From positions 160,001-224,000 of the forward strand of contig JBHLNF010000002.1 of NCBI GenBank assembly GCA_048937405.1: a DNA stretch of 64,000 nucleotides. Reading direction: 5' to 3'. Shown here piece after piece: positions 1 to 9,521 of this stretch (within the stretch, counting starts at the first letter, position 1; every line of letters starts with the position of its first letter). Below the pieces are notes generated by a model. It saw nothing but the letters and a program-made list of their open reading frames with translations, searched no databases and was not told where the DNA came from. Made by a program: the position numbers and the translations under genes. This stretch comes from Promethearchaeota archaeon. Lineage in GTDB: Archaea; Asgardarchaeota; Lokiarchaeia; Sigyniarchaeales; SOKP01.

Positions 1-192
1 TCCTATATTATCATAAGTACTAGGATCTTGATTTTTTTTACCTACAAAAATACCATCTTCAACAAGGAATATGTTAATCTTATGTCCTTCTAATAATGCC
101 GTATAAGCAAATCTTAACATAGTGTATGGGCGTTCAACAGTATAACCCCCATTACCTATCACAATAGTAAAAGTCTTGTTCTTTTCCGTCAA
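1..192 (-). CDS. DsrE/TusD-like sulfur-relay family protein, 5' part (runs off window start)
   Basis: Not in the ORF track. Manual translation from TTG at 192: MTEKNKTFTIVIGNGGYTVERPYTMLRFAYTALLEGHKINIFLVEDGIFVGKKNQDP, matching the DsrE pattern 'A..GH.v.iFL.eDGv'. Confidence 0.75.
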   Translation of the reverse strand, partial: MTEKNKTFTIVIGNGGYTVERPYTMLRFAYTALLEGHKINIFLVEDGIFVGKKNQDPSTYDNIG

Positions 193-367
193 GTTAAATC
201 ATTCTCTCATTCTTTATAATTTAAAGTTAATTATTTGGACAATTACCTTAAAAGTCGAATATTTATTAATTTTTTTATAGTAATTTATCAAAAAATTCGA
301 TAAATAAAAATATAAAAAATTCTATAAATTACAAAGAGAATATCAGTATTTTAATGAGTATTATTTT

Positions 368-1264
368 ATGAACATTGAATATATAAGAAATTTTATAAAA
401 TTAACTCAATTTAAGAGCTTTTCTAAATTAGCAAAGGAATTATCTATTTCTCAGAGCACAATATCGCACCAAATTTCACAATTAGAAAAAAGTTTTGGTG
501 GAATTGTATTAATTGATAGAACCACGAAGAAATTCGAATTAACTAACGCAGGTAATTTACTACTCAAATATGGGAAAAAAATAATAGATATCTATAATGA
601 ATGTAAACTAGAAATCTATAAATTTAAAGATCATATTACCGAAAATATTATAATATCTGCTTCGACGATTCCAGGATCTCATATCTTACCTCGATATGTA
701 GCAGACTTTAGAAATAAGAATCCAAATATTAATTTTAAGATTCTAATTAATAACTCGAAAAACTCTATTGAAAATTTAAAGAATGGTATGGCAGATTTTG
801 CTGGAATTGGGAGTTTTATGGGTGCTAATGACAAAAATTTCGATTATATTAAAATTGGGGAAGACGAGCTAAAGTTTATTTGTTCACCTAATCACAAACT
901 ATTAAAAGATGGCAATAATGTGAATTTTAATGAAGTTATCAAATATCCATTCGTATGGAGAGAAAAAGGTTCTGGAATGAGAAATACTTTTAGACAACAA
1001 TTTCCAGATTATAAAAAATTAAAAATTGAATTAGAAATTAATGACAATGATTCGATAATTTCTACGGTCAGTGAATCTAATTATATTAGTATAATGAGTG
1101 AAATTATGGCTGATAAAGCAGAATCTGCGGGTTTAGTTAAATTCTTGAAAATTAAAAGCTTTCCCATTATAGCTAAAAGAGATTTGTTTTTAATTAAATT
1201 AAAAGGGATACAAATGAGCAAGTTAAAATTGAAATTTTGGGATGATATAAAGTTAAAAGTTTAG
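368..1264 (+). CDS. LysR-family transcriptional regulator (CysL/selenium-metabolism-associated type)
   Basis: N-terminal LysR HTH (SFSKLAKELSISQSTISHQISQLE); ASTIPG..ILP and REKGSG motifs of the CysL-like substrate domain. Confidence 0.9.
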   Translation: MNIEYIRNFIKLTQFKSFSKLAKELSISQSTISHQISQLEKSFGGIVLIDRTTKKFELTNAGNLLLKYGKKIIDIYNECKLEIYKFKDHITENIIISASTIPGSHILPRYVADFRNKNPNINFKILINNSKNSIENLKNGMADFAGIGSFMGANDKNFDYIKIGEDELKFICSPNHKLLKDGNNVNFNEVIKYPFVWREKGSGMRNTFRQQFPDYKKLKIELEINDNDSIISTVSESNYISIMSEIMADKAESAGLVKFLKIKSFPIIAKRDLFLIKLKGIQMSKLKLKFWDDIKLKV

Positions 1265-1421
1265 GTAAATGATAAATTCTCCATATTCATTTTCCTCTTT
1301 CTTTATCTTTTGCAAATTTATACATAAATTGATTAAATATTTAACTTAAATGTCCAAATCTTAATAGGTTATTTAACAAAGAGGTTATTAGTTTTGATAT
1401 TTTTTTTAAACATAAGGAATA

Positions 1422-2549
1422 ATGCCTCGAAAAAAGAAAAATACTGGCTTAACAGTGAAAATGGGACCTTCCTTAGGTAGTCCCTTGAAAAATTGGCTCA
1501 AACTGATTTCTTCCAATGGATTTTTTGTCAAGTTGAAATATTATCCACGGCTTTATCTTATCTTAATAGTGAGTATTTTAGGTATTCCTTTTAGAATTTT
1601 TGAACATTGGAAATTTAGAAAGAAAATTGAATTGACAGACATAAAAGATCCTCCAATCTTCATTCTTGGACACTGGAGGAGTGGAACTACTCACTTACAT
1701 AACCTTTTAACTCAAGATCCTCAGTTTGGCTATATTTCAATGCTAGAAGCCAGCTTTCCAAAATCATTTTTAATTACAAATTTCTTTAAATTCTTCATGA
1801 ATCACTTCTTACCTAAGAAAAGACCAATGGATAATATGGAAATGGGACTTGATTTTCCCCAAGAAGAAGAAATGGCAATTAGTAATCTCATACCATTTTC
1901 ATTCTATAATGCTCTTTATTTTCCTGAAAAATTGATGGAAAATTACTATAAATACATCTGTCTTGACCAATTATCTAAGAAAGTTTTAGAAAAATGGAAA
2001 AATGCATATATCTACTTATTAAAAAAGACAACGTTAAACGTTCATGGTAAACAGCTAATTCTTAAAAATCCCGCAAATACTGCTCGTATAGGCTTATTAT
2101 TAAAATTGTTTCCAAATGCAAAATTCATTCATATTTATAGGAATCCATATGTAGTTTTCGTTTCAATGAAGAATTTCTATGAAACAACACTCAGACAATT
2201 TATGCTACAGGATATTCCAATGAGTGAAATTGAAAGATTTATACTAGTGATTTATAAAGAAATGATGGAAAAATTCTTCCAAGAAAAGCAATTAATACCA
2301 AACGAAAACCTTGTTGAAGTAAAGTTTGAAGATCTAGAAAAAGATCCACTAAATATATTGGAACGGATATATACGCATTTAAAATTAAAAGGTTTTAATA
2401 AAGTGAGAAATCGCTTTGAAAAATATCTCTTGTTATTGAAGAATTATAAAAAAAATATATATCGATTCACAACAGATAAGATAAACATTGTAAAAGAATA
2501 CTGGAATTTCACGATAAAACAATGGAATTACAAATCTCCAACTAATTAA
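1422..2549 (+). CDS. Sulfotransferase (Sulfotransfer_3, Stf3-like)
   Basis: PAPS loop PIFILGHWRSGTTHLHNLL; RPMDNM, PQEEE, LKNP and HIYRNP motifs. Confidence 0.88.
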   Translation: MPRKKKNTGLTVKMGPSLGSPLKNWLKLISSNGFFVKLKYYPRLYLILIVSILGIPFRIFEHWKFRKKIELTDIKDPPIFILGHWRSGTTHLHNLLTQDPQFGYISMLEASFPKSFLITNFFKFFMNHFLPKKRPMDNMEMGLDFPQEEEMAISNLIPFSFYNALYFPEKLMENYYKYICLDQLSKKVLEKWKNAYIYLLKKTTLNVHGKQLILKNPANTARIGLLLKLFPNAKFIHIYRNPYVVFVSMKNFYETTLRQFMLQDIPMSEIERFILVIYKEMMEKFFQEKQLIPNENLVEVKFEDLEKDPLNILERIYTHLKLKGFNKVRNRFEKYLLLLKNYKKNIYRFTTDKINIVKEYWNFTIKQWNYKSPTN

Positions 2550-2625
2550 GTTGGTTTTTGAATTTAAATTGATATATGATTAAGGTTATTTTTAATTTCT
2601 TTTTACAAATTGATAGAAAAGAAAA

Positions 2626-4050
2626 TTATTTTATTAGAACTCCTGCTTGATCAAAGTTTAAAAAAGCACTAATTTTCTCTTTAAGTGGATAAATCCCCTC
2701 TTTGAGCAGAGTAATTAAGAAAATAGCTATGAACACAATCGATCCTAATCCTGGAGCAAAACCACTTAAAATGTCAAGAAATGTAGAGGAAGGATCCCAA
2801 GAGAACAATGTGTAAAATAACGAAATCCCCGCTATCAAAATTGGGATAAATGATATTATTGCAGCGGTTCTTTTACTAAGATTTAAATGGATTGGTCCAA
2901 GATCAAGTTTAAAATATTTTGGTTGTACCATAATAGATAAGACTGTATGGCTAATTACTTTTTCTTCAAATTCAATATAGACATTTAAAAATCTTCTCTC
3001 AGTTTCTTTTTTCTTCTTTTTTTCTTTCTTAGATTTCAAGGGCATAATGGAGAAAATCATTACTGGGGGATTAACTGCATCCTTTTTAACTTCGACCTTT
3101 CCAAATATCGGATGTACTTCAAATCCTTCACCTTGAATTTTAAGATCCAGAACAGGAGGTTCTTTCTTAGTTGTTACTATTGTAAAAGTTGTTTCATATA
3201 TTGTTTTTCCTTCTTCATCTACAATTTTTAGCTCTTTATGGGAAAAATATACATAAAACAAATAGCTCCTTTGTTCCATCATAACAGAATAATATTGAAG
3301 TCCCATATTAATTTCATATATAGTTGGTTGAGGTTCTTCGGAAACAACTGTAGTAGGTTCAGGCATTGGTTTTGGTGGAGGTGGTGGTCCTGCAAGAGTC
3401 TCCGAAGGAAGGGGTGGGGCTGGAGCAGCTGGGGGGGTTTCAGGGGGAGCAGCACCTCCCGAAGGTGGAGGCTTACTAGTAAAAAGTGCAGGTGATGGGG
3501 GAGCGCCCTCCTTTTTAATAGCTTTTGGGACTCCTTTTGACCTTCTTGATTCTTCTCTTTCTTTAACATCTCTTTTAAATAATTCTTCTGCTTCATCTAC
3601 TTCCTCTAAGTATTTTGCATCATCTACTTCTGAGGAAAGGATTTCGTATTCTTCATCATATGTTTCTTCATCTTCCATCTCAAAAACTCCATCTATCAGT
3701 TTTTCAGTAGCTTTTAATTTTTTTTTAGACTTTCCCTTCTTTTCTTCAGATTTTTCCTCTTTTTTTACTGACTTCTTTTTCTTTGATACTTTTAAATTTT
3801 TCAATTTTTTTATTTCAGGAATTCTCGTATTGGTAACAAAATCTATAAAATATATATCACTGCGATTCAGTTGAGTTTCTTTGAAAGATGAATAAATATC
3901 ATCTAGCACTTTAGCTATCCTTGTTGATTTTTTATATGTACCAACAAACATGAAATCTAGTATCTCTATAGATAGAATATTAGTTTTATAATCATAGAAT
4001 ATTCTATTGGTCGGAATTTCAAGACTAGAAACACTTTTCAATGATTCCAA
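2626..4050 (-). CDS. Hypothetical membrane-anchored protein with Lys-rich, acidic and proline-rich tracts
   Basis: 474-aa ORF with low-complexity K/E and polyproline segments, a beta-rich domain and two C-terminal hydrophobic helices. Confidence 0.75.
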   Translation of the reverse strand: MESLKSVSSLEIPTNRIFYDYKTNILSIEILDFMFVGTYKKSTRIAKVLDDIYSSFKETQLNRSDIYFIDFVTNTRIPEIKKLKNLKVSKKKKSVKKEEKSEEKKGKSKKKLKATEKLIDGVFEMEDEETYDEEYEILSSEVDDAKYLEEVDEAEELFKRDVKEREESRRSKGVPKAIKKEGAPPSPALFTSKPPPSGGAAPPETPPAAPAPPLPSETLAGPPPPPKPMPEPTTVVSEEPQPTIYEINMGLQYYSVMMEQRSYLFYVYFSHKELKIVDEEGKTIYETTFTIVTTKKEPPVLDLKIQGEGFEVHPIFGKVEVKKDAVNPPVMIFSIMPLKSKKEKKKKKETERRFLNVYIEFEEKVISHTVLSIMVQPKYFKLDLGPIHLNLSKRTAAIISFIPILIAGISLFYTLFSWDPSSTFLDILSGFAPGLGSIVFIAIFLITLLKEGIYPLKEKISAFLNFDQAGVLIK

Positions 4051-4274
4051 TTTCTAACTAACCTCTTTTTCTTAATGGTATGTTATTTTATTTGTTATAA
4101 TAAAGAATAATCTTTTTATAAGTTTTTATTATGATATTATCCCTAATATAGTTTTCAAGTTTGTTATTATAAACCATATCATGAAGAATGAATTAATCGC
4201 ATTAAAATCCAAGTGATTTTTCTATAATTTATTAATAATCCAAATACAATACACATAAATAACAAAAAATAATT

Positions 4275-5846
4275 GTGATAAATTTGGAAAGAAAATATAT
4301 ATTAACTCATGATTTAGGAACATCTGGTAATAAGGCGGCTCTATTCGATGTAAATCTAAATTTAGTTGCTCAAACAAAGAAAGATTACCCGTTACTTTAC
4401 CCAAAAACAGGTTGGGCAGAACAAAAACCAGAAGATTATTGGAATGCAGTAAAGGATGCCACTACAACATTGATTCAAGATCAAAATATAGATGTTGGTG
4501 AAATATTAGCATTAACCTTTGATTGTCAAATGAATTGCACGATACCTATTGACGATAATGGAACAGCTTTAATGAATTCTATTAGCTGGTTAGATACACG
4601 CGCAGCTTCTATAACACGGAAATTTTCAAAAGGTTTAATAAAAATATCTGGTTACGGACTAAAAACTCTACTCATGTTTTTAAAAATCACAGGAGGAGCT
4701 CCAGGCTTTAATGGAAAAGATCCTATTTCTCATATTTTATGGTTAAAAGAAAACAATTCGGAATTATATGATAAAACTTACAAATACTTAAGTGTAAAAG
4801 ATTATATTATCTATAAATGTACCAGAAGAGCTGTAACCTCAAGAGATTTAGGTAATACGGCTTGGATGATGGATAGTACTCCTGACAAATTTGAGTGGTC
4901 TGATAAGATAATAAATAAATTTAAAATTGATAAAGAAAAACTCCCTGAGATAAGGAAGTCTACGGAAATTGCAGGAGAATTAACTATTGAAGCTTCTAAA
5001 GAACTAAATTTAAAAGCGGGAATTCCTGTTTTTGTAGGTTCTGGTGATTTGACTTCAGCAGCATTAGGTTCAGGTGCAATTAAAACTAATAAATTAATCA
5101 TATGTTTAGGGACAGCAGATTGGGTTGCAGCCCATACCTCAAAAAGAGTAAAAGACCTTTATCATTATACAGGTTGCATAAGTTCTGCTCAAGAAAATTA
5201 TTTATGTATATCAAAGCAAGAAACAGGTGCTAAATGTCTTGATTGGGCAATATTGCAGATTTTTAGAAGTGAGAGAGGTGAATTTATAGATAATTCTGAT
5301 TTTTTATATCCATATTTAGATTCACTTACTGAAAAAGCAGAAGTTGGTTCCAAAAATCTTATTTTTACACCTTGGATGTTTGGTGAAAGAAGTCCTATCA
5401 ATAATCCAAATATTAGAGGAGGTTTCTATAATTTGAGTCTTGAACATACAAGAGAAAATATTTTAAGATCAGTTTATGAGGGGGTCGCATTTAATATAAA
5501 ATGGGCTTTAATTTATATAGAGAAATTAGTAGGTAAATCAACTGAGATAAATTGTATTGGAGGGGGAGCAAAATCTGAAGTTTGGTGTCAAATTCTAGCA
5601 GATATACTTGAACGGAAGATTCTTCAAATGGAGACTCCAGATTTAGCTGCAGCAAAAGGCTCTGCAATAATATCAATGGTGGGGATGAAGGTTTTAAATG
5701 AGTTTTCGGATGCTGTACCACTGATTAAAGTTAAAAAAATATTTTACCCTAATATAGAAAACAAAAATATCTATGATAAATTATTTAATGAATATTGTAA
5801 AATATATGGAAGAAATAGAAAAATGTTTATGAAGCTAAATCCCTAA
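4275..5846 (+). CDS. FGGY-family carbohydrate kinase (xylulokinase-like)
   Basis: HDLGTSGNK, GWAEQ.PEDYW, SWLDTRA, GERSP, EGVAF and GGGAKS motifs. Confidence 0.9.
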   Translation: MINLERKYILTHDLGTSGNKAALFDVNLNLVAQTKKDYPLLYPKTGWAEQKPEDYWNAVKDATTTLIQDQNIDVGEILALTFDCQMNCTIPIDDNGTALMNSISWLDTRAASITRKFSKGLIKISGYGLKTLLMFLKITGGAPGFNGKDPISHILWLKENNSELYDKTYKYLSVKDYIIYKCTRRAVTSRDLGNTAWMMDSTPDKFEWSDKIINKFKIDKEKLPEIRKSTEIAGELTIEASKELNLKAGIPVFVGSGDLTSAALGSGAIKTNKLIICLGTADWVAAHTSKRVKDLYHYTGCISSAQENYLCISKQETGAKCLDWAILQIFRSERGEFIDNSDFLYPYLDSLTEKAEVGSKNLIFTPWMFGERSPINNPNIRGGFYNLSLEHTRENILRSVYEGVAFNIKWALIYIEKLVGKSTEINCIGGGAKSEVWCQILADILERKILQMETPDLAAAKGSAIISMVGMKVLNEFSDAVPLIKVKKIFYPNIENKNIYDKLFNEYCKIYGRNRKMFMKLNP

Positions 5847-6837
5847 AAAAGGATCTAAAGATTTGTATTTCTTCTTTAATATCCTTTGATTTTTCAATTT
5901 CCCTATTTTGTTTAATAATTTTAGTAATAGCATCTTTAATTATATCCATATCTTTATATGCCTTAGGATTCTCATAAGTTTGTTTTTCTATATCTCCTTC
6001 CCAAGGCTTTAATTTAGGAGAAGATTCAATATATCTGAGATTCCATTTAATTTTTGCTTTATATTCTTCAGTTAAAGGTTTTAAATTAATTTCATCCCAT
6101 CTTTGAATCACCCAAGGAGCATAGTTATGAAGTTTGTCAAAATCAAATTCCAGCTCATTTTTCCATTCATACTGATGTTCCCAATTTCCAGTAGCAATAT
6201 GGTTTTCAAATCCAAATTCTTCAAATGGGAAAAATTTCCAAGTACTTCGATTTATCTCTTGATCTTTAAAAGGACGATCCTCTGCATTTAAAAAAAAATA
6301 ACCTATCTTTTCTATGGTGATCTGATCTTCTCGGTTTATTTTAAGATAAATCTCAATTTGAGTTATATCTATTCTGCTATTCATAATTTCCTCCTGATAT
6401 AACTTATAAATTATATTTAAAGCTTCGTTTGGATGGCATTTTCCCGAAAAAATTGGATAATAAGTAAAACAATAATGATCGTATACCCCTTCGGATTTTC
6501 CTTTATAGATTTCAACCCAACACTCTAAAGGTTTAATATAAACATTAGATTTAATAACATTGAAAATTAATAGTACATCAGATACAATTAAGACTACTAT
6601 AACTATAACAAATAATGTTAAACTAAAATAAATTGATGCTAGGAAATACGTGAGTGCGATGAAGATTAATAAAAAACCAGCTATAAAAAAGAAAGCTATT
6701 AAAGAGTTATAAGCTTCATGCTCTTTATCTTTTTTAGAATACATAATATCTGGAGCATTATCAATTAAAATTTTATTCCCAAAATTGTTTATGAATTGTT
6801 TAAAATCAACTTTCCTCCACTCAGAACTAGTCATCAT
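5827..6837 (-). CDS. Hypothetical membrane protein (2 TM near the N-terminus)
   Basis: 336-aa ORF with two hydrophobic helices at about aa 46-95; no family recognised. Confidence 0.7.
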   Translation of the reverse strand: MMTSSEWRKVDFKQFINNFGNKILIDNAPDIMYSKKDKEHEAYNSLIAFFFIAGFLLIFIALTYFLASIYFSLTLFVIVIVVLIVSDVLLIFNVIKSNVYIKPLECWVEIYKGKSEGVYDHYCFTYYPIFSGKCHPNEALNIIYKLYQEEIMNSRIDITQIEIYLKINREDQITIEKIGYFFLNAEDRPFKDQEINRSTWKFFPFEEFGFENHIATGNWEHQYEWKNELEFDFDKLHNYAPWVIQRWDEINLKPLTEEYKAKIKWNLRYIESSPKLKPWEGDIEKQTYENPKAYKDMDIIKDAITKIIKQNREIEKSKDIKEEIQIFRSFFRDLAS

Positions 6838-6979
6838 AAAAACGAATAAATTTCTATTTATATAAATTTGATTTAATCTGTTTAAAATATTAATATTTTT
6901 TAAATACTAGCAATTGAATAGATAAATAATTAATTTTATACTCCTTGAAATTTTTAATTGAGATAGTTCATTATAGATA

Positions 6980-9307
6980 ATGACACTATTTATGGTAAAT
7001 TTCGAAGAATTTTTACATTTTATAAAGAATCAAGATTATTATGATAACCAAGTCTTTCACATCGAGCATATTCCCGCACAAGAGGCTAGTTTTAGTACTT
7101 TACAAAAACCCCTTCGAAAACGTCTTCAGCGTTGGTTAGATACAAATAACATTAAATTATGGCGACATCAAGCAGAAGCGATTAATAAGATTCGAGAAGG
7201 ACAAAACACTGTAATTGTGACATCTACAGCCTCAGGGAAATCTCTTTGTTATAATTTACCAGTTTTACAATCGATACTGGAAAATCCTAAAACTACTGCA
7301 CTATATGTCTTCCCAACAAAGGCATTAGCTAGAGATCAATTTAATGTTATTTCAGAAATGCTTGAAGAAACCAATATAAAACAAAATAGAATAGGAGTAT
7401 ATGATGGAGACGTAGAACCTATTGAAAAAAGACAGGTTTTATCAGATGCAAATATTATCATTACCAATCCCTATGGATTACATTTTTATTTACCTTGGTT
7501 TAAACAAAAATGGAATCGAATTTGTAAAAATCTAAAATATATTGTCTTAGATGAGATTCATATTTATAGAGGGATTTTTGGCTCTAATTTCGCGTTTTTA
7601 CTTAGACGATTGAAAAGAATGCTTGAAACATATAATATTAAACCTTTATGGATTTTATCAAGTGCTACCATCTTTAATCCGAAAGAATTCGCTGAAAAAT
7701 TGGTAGGTGAAGAGTTCAAAGTAGTAGATAAAGATTCTTCTCCATCTGGAGCCAAAAATGTGATTTTATGGGACTTACCATACGATGAAATATCAAATAA
7801 ATATCGCTCCAGCCATCAAGAGACAAAAAATTTATTCATTAGCCATTTAAATCAAGGTATCCAAACTTTAACTTTTACACTTTCAAGAAAAATGGCAGAA
7901 TTACTGACTATATGGACTAGAAACGCTTTACCTTCGCTAAAAAATAAAATATTTAGTTATAGGGCTGGAATCAGTAAAAAAAAGAGGAGGGAAATTGAGA
8001 AAAACTTCAAAAAAAAGACTATCTTGGGAATTAGCTCAACTAATGCATTAGAACTAGGAATAGATATCGGTTCTTTAGATGCAACAATTAGTTCTGGCTT
8101 TCCAGGAACCATCTCAAGTTTCAAACAGCAAATTGGCCGTTCAGGCAGAGGAACTGATATATCTATCTCAACTCTTATTCCAATGCAAAATCCTTTAGAT
8201 CTTTTTTATATCCACAATCCTGACAAACTATTTGGTCCTATACAAGAAAAAGTTCTAATCACATTGAAAAATAAGTATATTGTTAAAAACCATATTTGCT
8301 GTGCAAGTAAGGAAAAATCAATAACAATAGAGGAGTATAATAAATTTGGAATTCAAGATAAGAGTACATTTGCTGATTATTTAGAAGAACTAACTTCAGA
8401 ATCATTATTAATGAAAAGAAGAGATCGCTATTATTGGAATAGTGATTTTTTTCCTAATGAAAAGTATGGCTTAAATGATCTTTCAAATCGTAGTTATAAA
8501 ATTTTATTAAGAACTAATGCTGGCAATGAATTTTTAACTGTTGAAGATGAAAGTTATGTTTTTCGAGATCTACACCAGGGAGCAGTCTATTTATATGAAT
8601 CAGAGTCTTATATCGTAGAAGAACTCGATTTAAATGAGAGATTAGTATATTTGAAAAGATCAAATGTCGATTTTTATACTCAATCCTTAAAACACACCGA
8701 TATCACTCCTCTCGAAATTATTTCAGAAAGTAAAATAGGTCGAAAAAATGAGATTGAAGCTTTTTTTGGAAAGGTAAAAGTAGAGCACGAATATTATTCC
8801 TATAAAGTTATCGATACATTAACTCAAGAAATAAAATCTAGACACCCTTTAGAAGATATTCCTCTCATCCAATTTGAAAGCCAAGCACTTTGGTACTTAA
8901 TCCCTTTTGAATACCAAAAAGAATTAGAGTTAGCCGGTTTTGATATTGGAGGTACAATTCATGCTATTGAACATGCTATGATTGCAGTAGCTCCAACCTT
9001 AGCCCAAATATCTCGGTGGGATCTAGGAGGAGTTTCAATCGACTTTGACCCTGTTAAACAACAACCTATAATTTACATTTATGACGCCTACAGAGGAGGT
9101 ATTGGCATAGCAGAAACATTATATCATAATTTACACAAATTAATGAAACTTACGTACAGTTTAATTGATTCTTGTAATTGTAATCCATCGATCACACCGG
9201 AAGGATGCCCATGCTGTACTCTATCACCAAAATGTGGCTCAAATAATGATCCACTTTCAAAAAAAGGCGCTCTTTTTCTATTACAACGACTCTTAGGAAT
9301 GGAATGA
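6980..9307 (+). CDS. DEAH-box helicase with DUF1998 Zn domain (Hrq1/MrfA/SftH family)
   Basis: TASGKS, PTKALA.DQ, DEIH, SAT, TNALELGIDIG and QQIGRSGR motifs; C-terminal HAIEH, YDAY.GGIG and CxC..GCPxC..SPKC. Confidence 0.92.
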   Translation: MTLFMVNFEEFLHFIKNQDYYDNQVFHIEHIPAQEASFSTLQKPLRKRLQRWLDTNNIKLWRHQAEAINKIREGQNTVIVTSTASGKSLCYNLPVLQSILENPKTTALYVFPTKALARDQFNVISEMLEETNIKQNRIGVYDGDVEPIEKRQVLSDANIIITNPYGLHFYLPWFKQKWNRICKNLKYIVLDEIHIYRGIFGSNFAFLLRRLKRMLETYNIKPLWILSSATIFNPKEFAEKLVGEEFKVVDKDSSPSGAKNVILWDLPYDEISNKYRSSHQETKNLFISHLNQGIQTLTFTLSRKMAELLTIWTRNALPSLKNKIFSYRAGISKKKRREIEKNFKKKTILGISSTNALELGIDIGSLDATISSGFPGTISSFKQQIGRSGRGTDISISTLIPMQNPLDLFYIHNPDKLFGPIQEKVLITLKNKYIVKNHICCASKEKSITIEEYNKFGIQDKSTFADYLEELTSESLLMKRRDRYYWNSDFFPNEKYGLNDLSNRSYKILLRTNAGNEFLTVEDESYVFRDLHQGAVYLYESESYIVEELDLNERLVYLKRSNVDFYTQSLKHTDITPLEIISESKIGRKNEIEAFFGKVKVEHEYYSYKVIDTLTQEIKSRHPLEDIPLIQFESQALWYLIPFEYQKELELAGFDIGGTIHAIEHAMIAVAPTLAQISRWDLGGVSIDFDPVKQQPIIYIYDAYRGGIGIAETLYHNLHKLMKLTYSLIDSCNCNPSITPEGCPCCTLSPKCGSNNDPLSKKGALFLLQRLLGME

Positions 9308-9521
9308 CTATTTATAGTAATAGGATAAATCATTGATTGATTTACTTCTTCAGTATTCACAGACTTCACCAACTCACTCGAATTCATTCTTCTAGATAAA
9401 TAATACGATCTTTTAAAAAAAAATAATATTCAATAATACTAATTATTAAGACAATTTTTACGTGATCAATTTTTTTAAAATGAAAAAAAAAAAATTTTGG
9501 ATTATAATTTAAGGATTTCTC

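Noticed and set aside
3238-3596. ORFs 3238-3495 (+) and 3279-3596 (-)
   Set aside because: Shadow frames produced by the GC-rich proline tract of 2626-4050.
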